A program made the position numbers and the translations under genes. 64,000 nt of DNA from positions 64,001-128,000 of the forward strand of contig CAXXVK010000062.1 of NCBI GenBank assembly GCA_963676915.2. The letters run 5' to 3'. The stretch is from Myxococcota bacterium (GTDB taxonomy: Bacteria; Myxococcota_A; SURF-8; G963663525). Position 1 is the stretch's first letter; every line of letters starts with the position of its first letter. A model generated the notes under the pieces. That model had not been told where the DNA came from. It made no database searches and saw only the letters and a list, made by a program, of their open reading frames with translations. This document shows, in pieces, positions 30,098-38,175 of this stretch.

Positions 30098-31543
30098 TTG
30101 CGAGACGTACTTTTCATCTTCACATCCGTTTTACTGCTCGTTGTCTGGACAGCCTGTTCGAGTTCGACTTCGTACGCACCGGATTATCTCTTCGATGGGG
30201 ATAACGACACCACGGAATCCGTTGCAGAGGTCGAATGGAACATTGACAACGAACCGCCGGACAATTCATCCATCCCCATCGTCGAACAAGGCGACGAACT
30301 GTTCGTTCATACCTGCAGCGCCGATGCTTCGGACAGTGTACGGGCACCCGCCTGCACGTCCGTAGAAGATTGCGAACGCTGGTGCGAAACTCCCGACAGC
30401 CGCTGGCTTTGTCAGCAAAACCGCTGCTTTTGGCAATGTAGCGGAGACGACTGCGATATGTGCGGCGTCGGCGATGACGAGAAGACGCTCCCCGCCGAAA
30501 CGAAAGCGGCGCGAGATGCCGAACCGAGGATCTATTACGGCTCGGAATCTCCTACGTTGTATAACCTGTCCGCTGGCCAGCAAGACGCCGTGGTTGCGCT
30601 GATGACCCACGGAGGCAATTTCTGCACGGGAACACTCATTCACCCGCAGGTGGTGCTCAGCGCGGCGCATTGCTTCTCGGAAGCCTATTACAAAGCCGTT
30701 GATCCCGAGGACTATTACGTGGGGGTCGGTTCGGACGTGCAAAACCCCACCTACCTGCTCTCTGTGGCAGAAATCATTCCTCACGAAGACTACGACGTCT
30801 ACGGCTCGGGTGCGGGTCACGACATGAGCCTGCTCGTTCTGCAAGATCCGGTGTGGACCGTCTACCCCGAGTTGGAGCCGATTCCCGTCAACGATCGTCC
30901 CTTGGATAACGAGATGATCGGCGACGAGGTACAAACCGTGGGTTACGGCGAAACCCACGACGACAAGTACAACACCCAGCGCTGGTGGACCACCGAATTG
31001 TTTAATGATTTCACCACTTATGCGCTATCGGTCAACGGACAGGGCGAGTCGAGCGTCTGTTACGGCGACTCCGGCGGTCCGGTGATTTACGATTTCGGTT
31101 CCGGTCCTGCCGTGTTGGGAACGGTGTCCTACGGCGATCCGTCCTGCGTGGGAATCGACCATTTTTCCCGCACGGATAACGACATGGAGTGGATCAACCA
31201 AACGCTCGACCGCTTCCCGCTGGGGTGTGGTGACCTGACCGAAACCGGTATCTGCGACGATGGTGTAGCCCGTTGGTGTGAAGATGACCGAGCCATGAGC
31301 GAAGTCTGCACCACGGATCAAGGCACCTGCGGACTCACCGATGACGATCTCAACCGCTGCCTGCCTCCCACCGAATGCGATCTGCTTGGCTACCGTGGCG
31401 AATGCCTGGACGGAGACATCGCCCGCTGGTGCGAGGATGGCGTGATCCGCCAGCGTCGTTGCCTGCCCTGCGATCAGATTTGCGGCTTTTACGACCGCGA
31501 CGTCGGGTTCTACTGCATCGATCCGGCTTATCCAGGGGACTGA
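30098..31543 (+). CDS. S1 (trypsin-like) serine protease lipoprotein with Cys-rich flanks
   Basis: Lipobox WTA-C; catalytic triad motifs AAHC, HDMSLL and GDSGGP. Confidence 0.9.
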   Translation: MRDVLFIFTSVLLLVVWTACSSSTSYAPDYLFDGDNDTTESVAEVEWNIDNEPPDNSSIPIVEQGDELFVHTCSADASDSVRAPACTSVEDCERWCETPDSRWLCQQNRCFWQCSGDDCDMCGVGDDEKTLPAETKAARDAEPRIYYGSESPTLYNLSAGQQDAVVALMTHGGNFCTGTLIHPQVVLSAAHCFSEAYYKAVDPEDYYVGVGSDVQNPTYLLSVAEIIPHEDYDVYGSGAGHDMSLLVLQDPVWTVYPELEPIPVNDRPLDNEMIGDEVQTVGYGETHDDKYNTQRWWTTELFNDFTTYALSVNGQGESSVCYGDSGGPVIYDFGSGPAVLGTVSYGDPSCVGIDHFSRTDNDMEWINQTLDRFPLGCGDLTETGICDDGVARWCEDDRAMSEVCTTDQGTCGLTDDDLNRCLPPTECDLLGYRGECLDGDIARWCEDGVIRQRRCLPCDQICGFYDRDVGFYCIDPAYPGD

Positions 31544-31583
31544 CACAGTAACTTAATGAAATTTAAGAGAAAAATGCATCGAT

Positions 31584-31655
31584 GGACGGGGATTGCATCC
31601 CCGTCCTAACGTTTTCTTCAAGGCAAAACGCGAAGAACAGGATGCAATCCTGCTC
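31584..31655. repeat. Inverted palindrome doublet (REP-doublet family 2, copy 1)
   Basis: GGACGGGGAT-TGC-ATCCCCGTCC, 28-bp spacer, then GAACAGGAT-GCA-ATCCTGCTC. A similar doublet occurs at 46562-46631. Confidence 0.65.
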
Positions 31656-31667
31656 CGCTTGTGCCCC

Positions 31668-31979
31668 TTATTTCAGAAGTCCCCCCGAATTCTCCCAAGT
31701 TGTTTGCCCGCCTACATCGACTCGAACATCTACAAACTGGCAATCGCCATCTTTGCATCTTTCAATTTTTGTCTGTTTGCATTCCGAGCTGCCATCTTCA
31801 TGGGCGATACAGTAATACAGTTGTGCAATTTCCTTATCCTTACTGTTAGCCCCCTCATTTTGGTGGACAGTCATCCAGAAACTATTATTCTCTTTCATCG
31901 AATGATGAAAATCAATGTGTGTCCCTCCACAACCGGCTAAGAGAATCGTCAGCACAAAACAAACAATTAGCATCCTCAT
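31668..31979 (-). CDS. Small Cys-containing lipoprotein
   Basis: ATG at 31979 with AGGAG RBS; lipobox LAG-C. Confidence 0.75.
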   Translation of the reverse strand: MRMLIVCFVLTILLAGCGGTHIDFHHSMKENNSFWMTVHQNEGANSKDKEIAQLYYCIAHEDGSSECKQTKIERCKDGDCQFVDVRVDVGGQTTWENSGGLLK

Positions 31980-32155
31980 GGTACTCTCCTGTGACAATGA
32001 AACAAACAGACGCCCAAATTCTTGCAGATCTCCCAACCTGCTTCGCAAATTCATTCGGAAAAGTACAGTTTAGAACGAAAATATGAAATCCACAAGATGG
32101 AGGAATAAAAATCTGCCCACTGGGGGGATTGGCGCCGAGTGCCCGGAACAAACAA

Positions 32156-32320
32156 GTAGGTCGGACAGATTTTCTGTCCGACATTTCCCGGTTGGAGCAT
32201 TTTTTTGTCGGACAGAAAATCTGTCCGACCTACCCAACTACCCAACTTTGAAAACGGGTGCAGAGCAGGTGTCCAACGTTGATGCATCAAACATCACGGC
32301 TTGTCGGGGTCAGGTGTCGT
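32156..32320. repeat. REPIN (inverted GTAG-REP doublet, 32156-32233) plus conserved ~70-bp tail, copy 1
   Basis: GTAGGTCGGACAGATTTTCTGTCCGACA ... TGTCGGACAGAAAATCTGTCCGACCTAC; near-identical to 32867-33044. Confidence 0.9.
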
Positions 32321-32356
32321 TTGCAACTGTCTTGACGGGTACACAAACTACCAAAC

Positions 32357-32764
32357 TCAAGAATTGTATCCAGCTTTGCTTTTTCTTACCATATAAATTG
32401 CAACAGGTAATATAATAAAAGCACTAAAATACAGTATCCTTTCACAATTGTTCATTACCTTCAATTCATCTAAATAGAGGCTATAAACGATCCTGTCATA
32501 AAAATCCGCCCATACAGAGTAGGAAAAAAACAACCACATTATTATGAGTAGAATGTGGTGTATGTAGTACATTTTTTTTGCTGAAAAGATGAACAAAATC
32601 GCAACCGGCACTCCAGGGATGACATTAACAGCAATTCTTAGAATAGAGCAGTTACTTTGTGAATTGCAGAAACCTGTTAAACCGAAAAATAAACACAGAA
32701 GTACTACGGATAGCATCGACATAGTGTATTTAATAGAAAAGACACTTGAGAAAATAGTTTTCAA
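32357..32764 (-). CDS. AT-rich membrane protein, putative orphan immunity protein
   Basis: Low GC, about 4 hydrophobic segments, TTG start with AAGGA RBS, lies in the toxin-immunity array. Confidence 0.6.
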   Translation of the reverse strand: MKTIFSSVFSIKYTMSMLSVVLLCLFFGLTGFCNSQSNCSILRIAVNVIPGVPVAILFIFSAKKMYYIHHILLIIMWLFFSYSVWADFYDRIVYSLYLDELKVMNNCERILYFSAFIILPVAIYMVRKSKAGYNS

Positions 32765-32782
32765 ATGACCATCCTTTTCTAA

Positions 32783-32860
32783 TTATGGACCATCGATTCC
32801 ACAAGACATTTCATTTTTTTCACGTCGTTTGGTGCTTTTTATTAATCCATTTTCTTTCAA
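32783..32860 (-). pseudogene. Possible truncated toxin C-terminal remnant
   Basis: Open frame LKENGLIKSTKRREKNEMSCGIDGP* ends just before the immunity-like gene and is cut at the REPIN. Confidence 0.3.
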
Positions 32861-32866
32861 GTAGTA

Positions 32867-33044
32867 GTAGGTCGGACAGATTTTCTGTCCGACATTTCCC
32901 GGTTGGAGCATTTTTTGTCGGACAGAAAATCTGTCCGACCTACCCGGCTAAATCGAAACCCTCTTCGAAACCGGGTGCAGAGCAGGTGTCCAACGTTGAT
33001 TGCTGATGCATCAAACATCACGGCTTGTCGGGATCAGGTGTCGT
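32867..33044. repeat. REPIN (32867-32943) plus conserved tail, copy 2
   Basis: Direct repeat of 32156-32320 with a 7-bp insertion (TGCTGAT) in the tail; preceded by extra GTA triplets (GTAGTAGTAG). Confidence 0.9.
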
Positions 33045-33471
33045 CGTTGTTGTGAGGATCGTTTTTGAGATTGGGATTCGGTAAAGAAATAGATTCAACA
33101 GGAAAATCAATTGTTTTAAAAATAAAAATTAAAGCTATTACGACATTCATTAAGTAAATTACGATAAAGAAGCTGATGCCAGTTTTTCCAAACTCAATCA
33201 AGCCAACATAAAAAGATTGAGTTACTACACAATAAGCCACGAAAAAATACTTATACAATTGCTTGTCTTTTAACATGTTTCTCCACAGAAAGATTATAGC
33301 AGCTAATGAATGACCGATACCTAAAAATCTAGGAAATAACCAAATACTATTTGGAAATTTCAAAGCCACCATTAAAACAAAATACCCTGTGACCGTTATT
33401 ATATGGCATAAAAGTATTTTATCTGCGTTCAATTGCCTGACTTTATAAATTTTCTTAAGTGCTGTTAACAT
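33034..33471 (-). CDS. Four-TM membrane protein, putative cognate immunity protein of the RHS tip
   Basis: ATG overlaps the toxin stop (TAATG at 33473-33469); AT-rich; hydrophobic helices. Confidence 0.7.
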   Translation of the reverse strand: MLTALKKIYKVRQLNADKILLCHIITVTGYFVLMVALKFPNSIWLFPRFLGIGHSLAAIIFLWRNMLKDKQLYKYFFVAYCVVTQSFYVGLIEFGKTGISFFIVIYLMNVVIALIFIFKTIDFPVESISLPNPNLKNDPHNNDDT

Positions 33472-34004
33472 TACATAGCCCAATCTTGTAGCCACTCTAC
33501 AAACTTATTTAAGGCTTCAACTGGTTCTTCTGATGCCTTACTTGCAATTTCCTTGAAATGCTCCAACTTTTGCTTTGCCACTTCATCATGATAAGGCTCA
33601 CATGCATCGTCTACATATTGTCCGAGCGGTCCTAATCCTAATAGGTTTCTCCAATGACCAAAGCAAATTCCATCAGGACACTCAGCCAAAGCCTCATCAA
33701 ATTGCTGTACACCTCTTTTGCTTAAACCAGGAAAAGCAACGAGCAGTTGGTATCCAGTCACGGCAGTTCCAACTACACCAAGCGGTAATCCTACTCCAGA
33801 GCCAACGGCAACAGCAGTAATAATTGCTCCAGTTCCACCACTTATTCCAGCCTTTCCAGCCCTAATTAGGTTTATAATACCAACTGTCATTTTTGTAACA
33901 TTTAGCATACCCTCCGGGTCGATCCCATTCACCGGGTCATTCCCGACGTACACGTACAGGTTCACCTGCCCTCTCGATGGAACGGAGATTCCAGCCGGTT
34001 GCAA
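33471..34004 (-). CDS. Orphan RHS C-terminal toxin tip (core remnant plus Gly-rich hydrophobic domain)
   Basis: NLYVYVGNDPVNGIDPEG is the RHS core end motif (PxxxxDPxG). GC content drops sharply after DPEG (~33909). Confidence 0.85.
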   Translation of the reverse strand: MQPAGISVPSRGQVNLYVYVGNDPVNGIDPEGMLNVTKMTVGIINLIRAGKAGISGGTGAIITAVAVGSGVGLPLGVVGTAVTGYQLLVAFPGLSKRGVQQFDEALAECPDGICFGHWRNLLGLGPLGQYVDDACEPYHDEVAKQKLEHFKEIASKASEEPVEALNKFVEWLQDWAM

Positions 34005-34024
34005 TTTTCTGACATCCCGAAATT

Positions 34025-34750
34025 CTACGAGGATTTTTCGTCCTGATACTCCCGGTATCGTGCCAAAAAATCGCGGGTGACGCGGTTTTCGTCCAAGCGT
34101 AGATATTTGGCGTATTCCGATACGAAACCCCGTACGTATACCAATGCGGGCAAATGGGCGAAATCCTCTTCTTCGATCATCTTCAGCATTCCGGGAGAGA
34201 TTTTCGTGTACTCCGAAACATCTCGCAATCCGACACCGGCCTGCTCTCGAAAGCGGCGGATTTCCCCACCGGAAAACACGACATCCTCTTCGACCTCCGG
34301 GGCCGGGGGACGCGGTGGCAGCGCATTGGGATTGGGAGCCTGTTTGATTTCCTTGACAACGACAGGCTCGGGCGCTTCCACAACCGTTTCGCTTTCCACC
34401 TGAAGGAATTTCGGCTCGCGTTCTCCCTGCTCGGGCACTTTGATTTCAGGGCTGGAATCGTGAGTTCGCTGTCTGGCGGATACACGGACCACGGTTTCGT
34501 GCTCGGCAGCGGAAAAGAGCGTCTGATCGTACGTTTCGCGGCGCTCCGGGTCGGCCAGCGTGCGGAATGCTTCCTCTACCTGCTCAAGATAGTCGCGAAG
34601 TTCGTCGGGGCTGTACAATCCGTAGGCAGCGATGCTGTCCCCGCCGTAAATCCGCCGAATGCGGTGATACGCCTCGCGAATTTCTTCCTCGTCGGAGCGG
34701 GGATGGACTTCCAGTCGTTCGTAGTAATTTTTGCGCGTCGGATCGCTCAT
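34025..34750 (-). CDS. DnaJ-like domain plus RodZ-type helix-turn-helix protein
   Basis: NYYERLEV...AFRTLADPERRETYD J-like domain lacking HPD; C-terminal REQAGVGL...LPALVYVRGF HTH. Confidence 0.85.
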   Translation of the reverse strand: MSDPTRKNYYERLEVHPRSDEEEIREAYHRIRRIYGGDSIAAYGLYSPDELRDYLEQVEEAFRTLADPERRETYDQTLFSAAEHETVVRVSARQRTHDSSPEIKVPEQGEREPKFLQVESETVVEAPEPVVVKEIKQAPNPNALPPRPPAPEVEEDVVFSGGEIRRFREQAGVGLRDVSEYTKISPGMLKMIEEEDFAHLPALVYVRGFVSEYAKYLRLDENRVTRDFLARYREYQDEKSS

Positions 34751-35730
34751 GATTCCGCATCCTCCGACTCTGCGTCTTCCCAGGCATCGTGAAGTTGGTT
34801 GTGAAACAGCAAGTGGGCGATTTCTTCGATTTCTTTGGCTGCCGAGCAGTCCGGGCTATTCAGGTGTAGCGGTTTGCGGACCCGAATCGAAGAAGGCACC
34901 GCCCCATCATAGGAAACTGCCCCCAAAAACTCGATATCGAAACCGAAATATTTCCGGCAGACATCGACCATTCCGGGACCGATATCGGCTTCGCTGTCGT
35001 GTTGCATCATGTTGAGAATCAGTTTCAACTGAAAGCGGCTGATTTCCTCTTTGAAGGCATCGCCGATTTTCCGATCGAACATACCCAAGGCTTCGAGCAT
35101 GTCGTTGGGAGTTCGAATGCCCAGCTTGACTTTCTCGAACATCACCTTTTCGACCAATTCTTGGGCTTTCAATTTCGATTCGACATTTTTGAAGTAGCGG
35201 AAAAACAGGCTTTTTAGAAATTCGTAGGTGTTCTCCACGGCTGTCGGCTCGGGGGCTACCACGAGCACCGCATTGTCGGACTGGATAAAGTGCTCGAACA
35301 GCGTGTAAGAATGCTGGTTGCCGAGATCGACGAGAACGAGATCGAGATCGGGGGTTTTCTTCAGGTATTGGTACAAAAGCGGTTGTTCCATCGGCGTTTG
35401 CAGGCTGTGCGTATCGCTGATGCCGCTCATGATCTGCAAGTTCCGCATGGGAGTAGTGACCAGTAAGTCTTTGAAATGACTGACTTCGCCATCTACAAAG
35501 GATTGAAAACCGTACTGGGGTTTATTCAAATCGATGAACGTATGCAGGTTCTGCCCCCAACGAACGGCATCGGCCAATAACACCCGGTTGCCAATCCGTG
35601 ATAAATACACGCCGAGATTGGCAGCAAGCATGGACTTTCCCACACCACCTTTGCCGGAACTCAGCGCGTAGATGCGTGGCAGGTGCCCTTCCTTTTTCAC
35701 GCGATGAGGCGTTTTCGATTTTTCCGACAC
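34747..35730 (-). CDS. MinD/FlhG-like ParA family ATPase
   Basis: SSGKGGVGKS deviant Walker A; PEPTAVENTY. N-terminus may extend to ~35806 across an A7 run. Confidence 0.85.
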   Translation of the reverse strand: MSEKSKTPHRVKKEGHLPRIYALSSGKGGVGKSMLAANLGVYLSRIGNRVLLADAVRWGQNLHTFIDLNKPQYGFQSFVDGEVSHFKDLLVTTPMRNLQIMSGISDTHSLQTPMEQPLLYQYLKKTPDLDLVLVDLGNQHSYTLFEHFIQSDNAVLVVAPEPTAVENTYEFLKSLFFRYFKNVESKLKAQELVEKVMFEKVKLGIRTPNDMLEALGMFDRKIGDAFKEEISRFQLKLILNMMQHDSEADIGPGMVDVCRKYFGFDIEFLGAVSYDGAVPSSIRVRKPLHLNSPDCSAAKEIEEIAHLLFHNQLHDAWEDAESEDAES

Positions 35731-36122
35731 CGTTTTTTTCCTCGGACATTCCGGTTTCGCCGGAGTTTTCGTCCTTTTGGGGATCTTCGACCATCTTTTT
35801 ACTCAAACTTCCTCAAACATGGGAGAAAATCACGCATCGACCCTATGAGGCGCCTTTTTGAAAAAGGCTTGCCGTCCGGTATCGCATGGAATCGTAAAGC
35901 TTCGTTCGATCGTCTCGGACAGGGAAAGCATCCAGCAGAACGCCTGGCTCCTCCCCGCCGGTTCACCGAACAACCGCACACCTGTCCATTCAGAAGTTTA
36001 TGCTACTTCCCACCGTCGAGCAAATCAAGGCAATTCGTATGGGGGCGAGTGTAGAAATGACGCTCCTATCCCGAGCGATAAAATCCGTTCGTAAAAAATA
36101 CAAACGTTTTTCGGATCGATCG

Positions 36123-37901
36123 TTACTTGTGGGATGCCGCAAGAGCCAGTTTGGCTGCTGTATCGGCGCTGACAAGTTTAACGTGCGAAGGCAGGAGCTT
36201 GACCATCTCCATAAACGAGTTTTCGAGGCTGAGTCCACCATCGCTGGTCATGTAGACCCATGTGACGGTCCCTGCAGGGTAATTCCCCAATTCTTCAGCC
36301 ATATTCTGCGGGCTCAGGAAGAATTCGTCGCTGTCATCGATTCCCCGCCACTCACGAGGTCGAAACACGACGGCTTCTCCGCCGTCCTTTCCGGTCAGAA
36401 CATTGAAGAAACGATCCTCCGGCCACCAGGGGAAGGTTGGCAGCAAGTAGGGAACATTGACGGGAAAAATGCCGCGAATCACGCCATCGACTTTGGCGTA
36501 TTTGGGTAGAAAATGGTCTTCCGCATCGTCCCAGGTGCCGGACCAGTCCCAATGCACCGTGCTGTTCACGCCGAGGATGCGGGCGTCTTCCTCCGTCGCT
36601 GTGACGAAGCGGTTTTGATCGTTCTCATTCAAAGACGTTGGATAAGCGTAAAGGTGCCCGCTCGGCGGAAGAATAAAGTAGTCCTTGCCGGTTTGACGGG
36701 TCGTTTCATGGTACCATTCGAGGATGTCGGGCGCGATGGTGGCGAGATGCGGAGAAATGCTCCAGGTGATAGGTTCGCAGGAATTCTCGGTTTTCGAGCA
36801 ATCGTCGAGGCGCTGGCGGAGCCATACGTTTCTCGTGCTCATAATGAACCGGATGTTGTCTCCGTCGCCGATCACGAACGCCACGTAGGTTTTGCTTGGA
36901 TCATATTCGATCTCTTCCGGTTCGTTTCGTGCAAGTTCGCTGGATTCCGTAATGGCAGCCCTTCTCGTGGAGAAAAAGGACAGGTTGCCTGTCATGGTGG
37001 GAATTGCCCCCATGTTGTGGGATTCCAGACATAGGGTCTGCGCTTCGTACAGGTATCCACCCATCACCATCCAGGAATTGTTGTAGCCGTATACGCCTAT
37101 GGGAGTCGTCCAATACCCTGCATCCACAATATTCTGAAACAGTTCTTTTTCGGGGCTTTCATCTCGGCACCCATTGACGAGGAAAATGGTAAACAGTTTT
37201 TTGGAGAAGATGAAATCGACCAGTGACGAGCGTGGGGCACCCGTAAGTTCGGGATTGGCAACGTCGCTGGCGTTGGTATCGTATCCGGGATTGAGCATCG
37301 CCAGCCCGGTGGTTTGTTCGCCGTACTTTTCAAAAACAGTTTCCGTAGCGAGATACGGGGTGTTTTTCTCTGCAAATTCAAGGGTTGCGTCGAATACTAC
37401 GTTCGAGCAGACAACGTCCATTCCCGTGTCCAGCGGTACCGCATCGAGAACCGAAGCAACGGTCAAAATATTGGGAATCAGTTTTTGCTGATCTTCGTAA
37501 GCGTACCGTACACAGGATGGAAACTCGACCAGGCAGGATTCCAGAAAATCGGTTGCAGAAAGAGTCTGAGCCGGTTGTAGTCCGAGTTCGTCCAGCCATT
37601 CTCCATCATGTGTTTCCTTTTCAACGTAAATCGAACCGCCAAGTTTCCTGTTGTGCATACCAACGCAGGCTTGGACCGCCAATTGGAGCGTCGGCAATGC
37701 ATCCGAGTCGAGTTCGACGACCGTGAATTCATCGGCTACATTCAACTCATCACCCTCGGTAGCGTTATCGTCCGTATCTCCGTCATCGACATCTATATCT
37801 CCAACGTTGTCGATTTCATTTTGCGAATCATTCCCACCGCAACCGGCGGCAAACAGCCAGCAGATTCCTATCAAGCCAACGAAGATCGCTTGTTTCATCA
37901 T
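36123..37901 (-). CDS. Lipoprotein with GxGYxYP-like putative glycoside hydrolase domain
   Basis: Lipobox AAG-C, acidic linker; NLSFFS, YVAFVIGDGDN, ITWSISP and PSGHLYAYP motifs. Confidence 0.65.
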   Translation of the reverse strand: MMKQAIFVGLIGICWLFAAGCGGNDSQNEIDNVGDIDVDDGDTDDNATEGDELNVADEFTVVELDSDALPTLQLAVQACVGMHNRKLGGSIYVEKETHDGEWLDELGLQPAQTLSATDFLESCLVEFPSCVRYAYEDQQKLIPNILTVASVLDAVPLDTGMDVVCSNVVFDATLEFAEKNTPYLATETVFEKYGEQTTGLAMLNPGYDTNASDVANPELTGAPRSSLVDFIFSKKLFTIFLVNGCRDESPEKELFQNIVDAGYWTTPIGVYGYNNSWMVMGGYLYEAQTLCLESHNMGAIPTMTGNLSFFSTRRAAITESSELARNEPEEIEYDPSKTYVAFVIGDGDNIRFIMSTRNVWLRQRLDDCSKTENSCEPITWSISPHLATIAPDILEWYHETTRQTGKDYFILPPSGHLYAYPTSLNENDQNRFVTATEEDARILGVNSTVHWDWSGTWDDAEDHFLPKYAKVDGVIRGIFPVNVPYLLPTFPWWPEDRFFNVLTGKDGGEAVVFRPREWRGIDDSDEFFLSPQNMAEELGNYPAGTVTWVYMTSDGGLSLENSFMEMVKLLPSHVKLVSADTAAKLALAASHK

Positions 37902-38175
37902 GATTCCCTATGCTCGTGTAAATCCCCAATCACGCTTTCATATACTGCGGAGGAAAAAAGCTAACACAATCAATGCTATTTCTCAATAAGGGAGTTTTTA
38001 GTGAAGGTAGAATGACACTTGATTTCACCCTCAACGGGAGTTCAGATTTGACGAAATTGCGTTAAAAGTGATAATTATAGAGTTCATGATTTATCTGTTG
38101 TAATGCTTTTTCGCCAACAATTCCAAATAAGAGGAATTTAGGGATTTTACGATTCGTTCTTGAGGAATAAGATCC

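Noticed and set aside
32156-33044. CRISPR array or integron attC sites
   Set aside because: The repeats are GTAG-footed inverted doublets typical of REPs. No RYYYAAC/GTTRRRY box architecture was recognised and no intI is present.
35860-36020. SRP RNA or tRNA
   Set aside because: It lacks the SRP domain IV motif (CAGG...GGAA...AGCA) and a tRNA cloverleaf with a T-arm.
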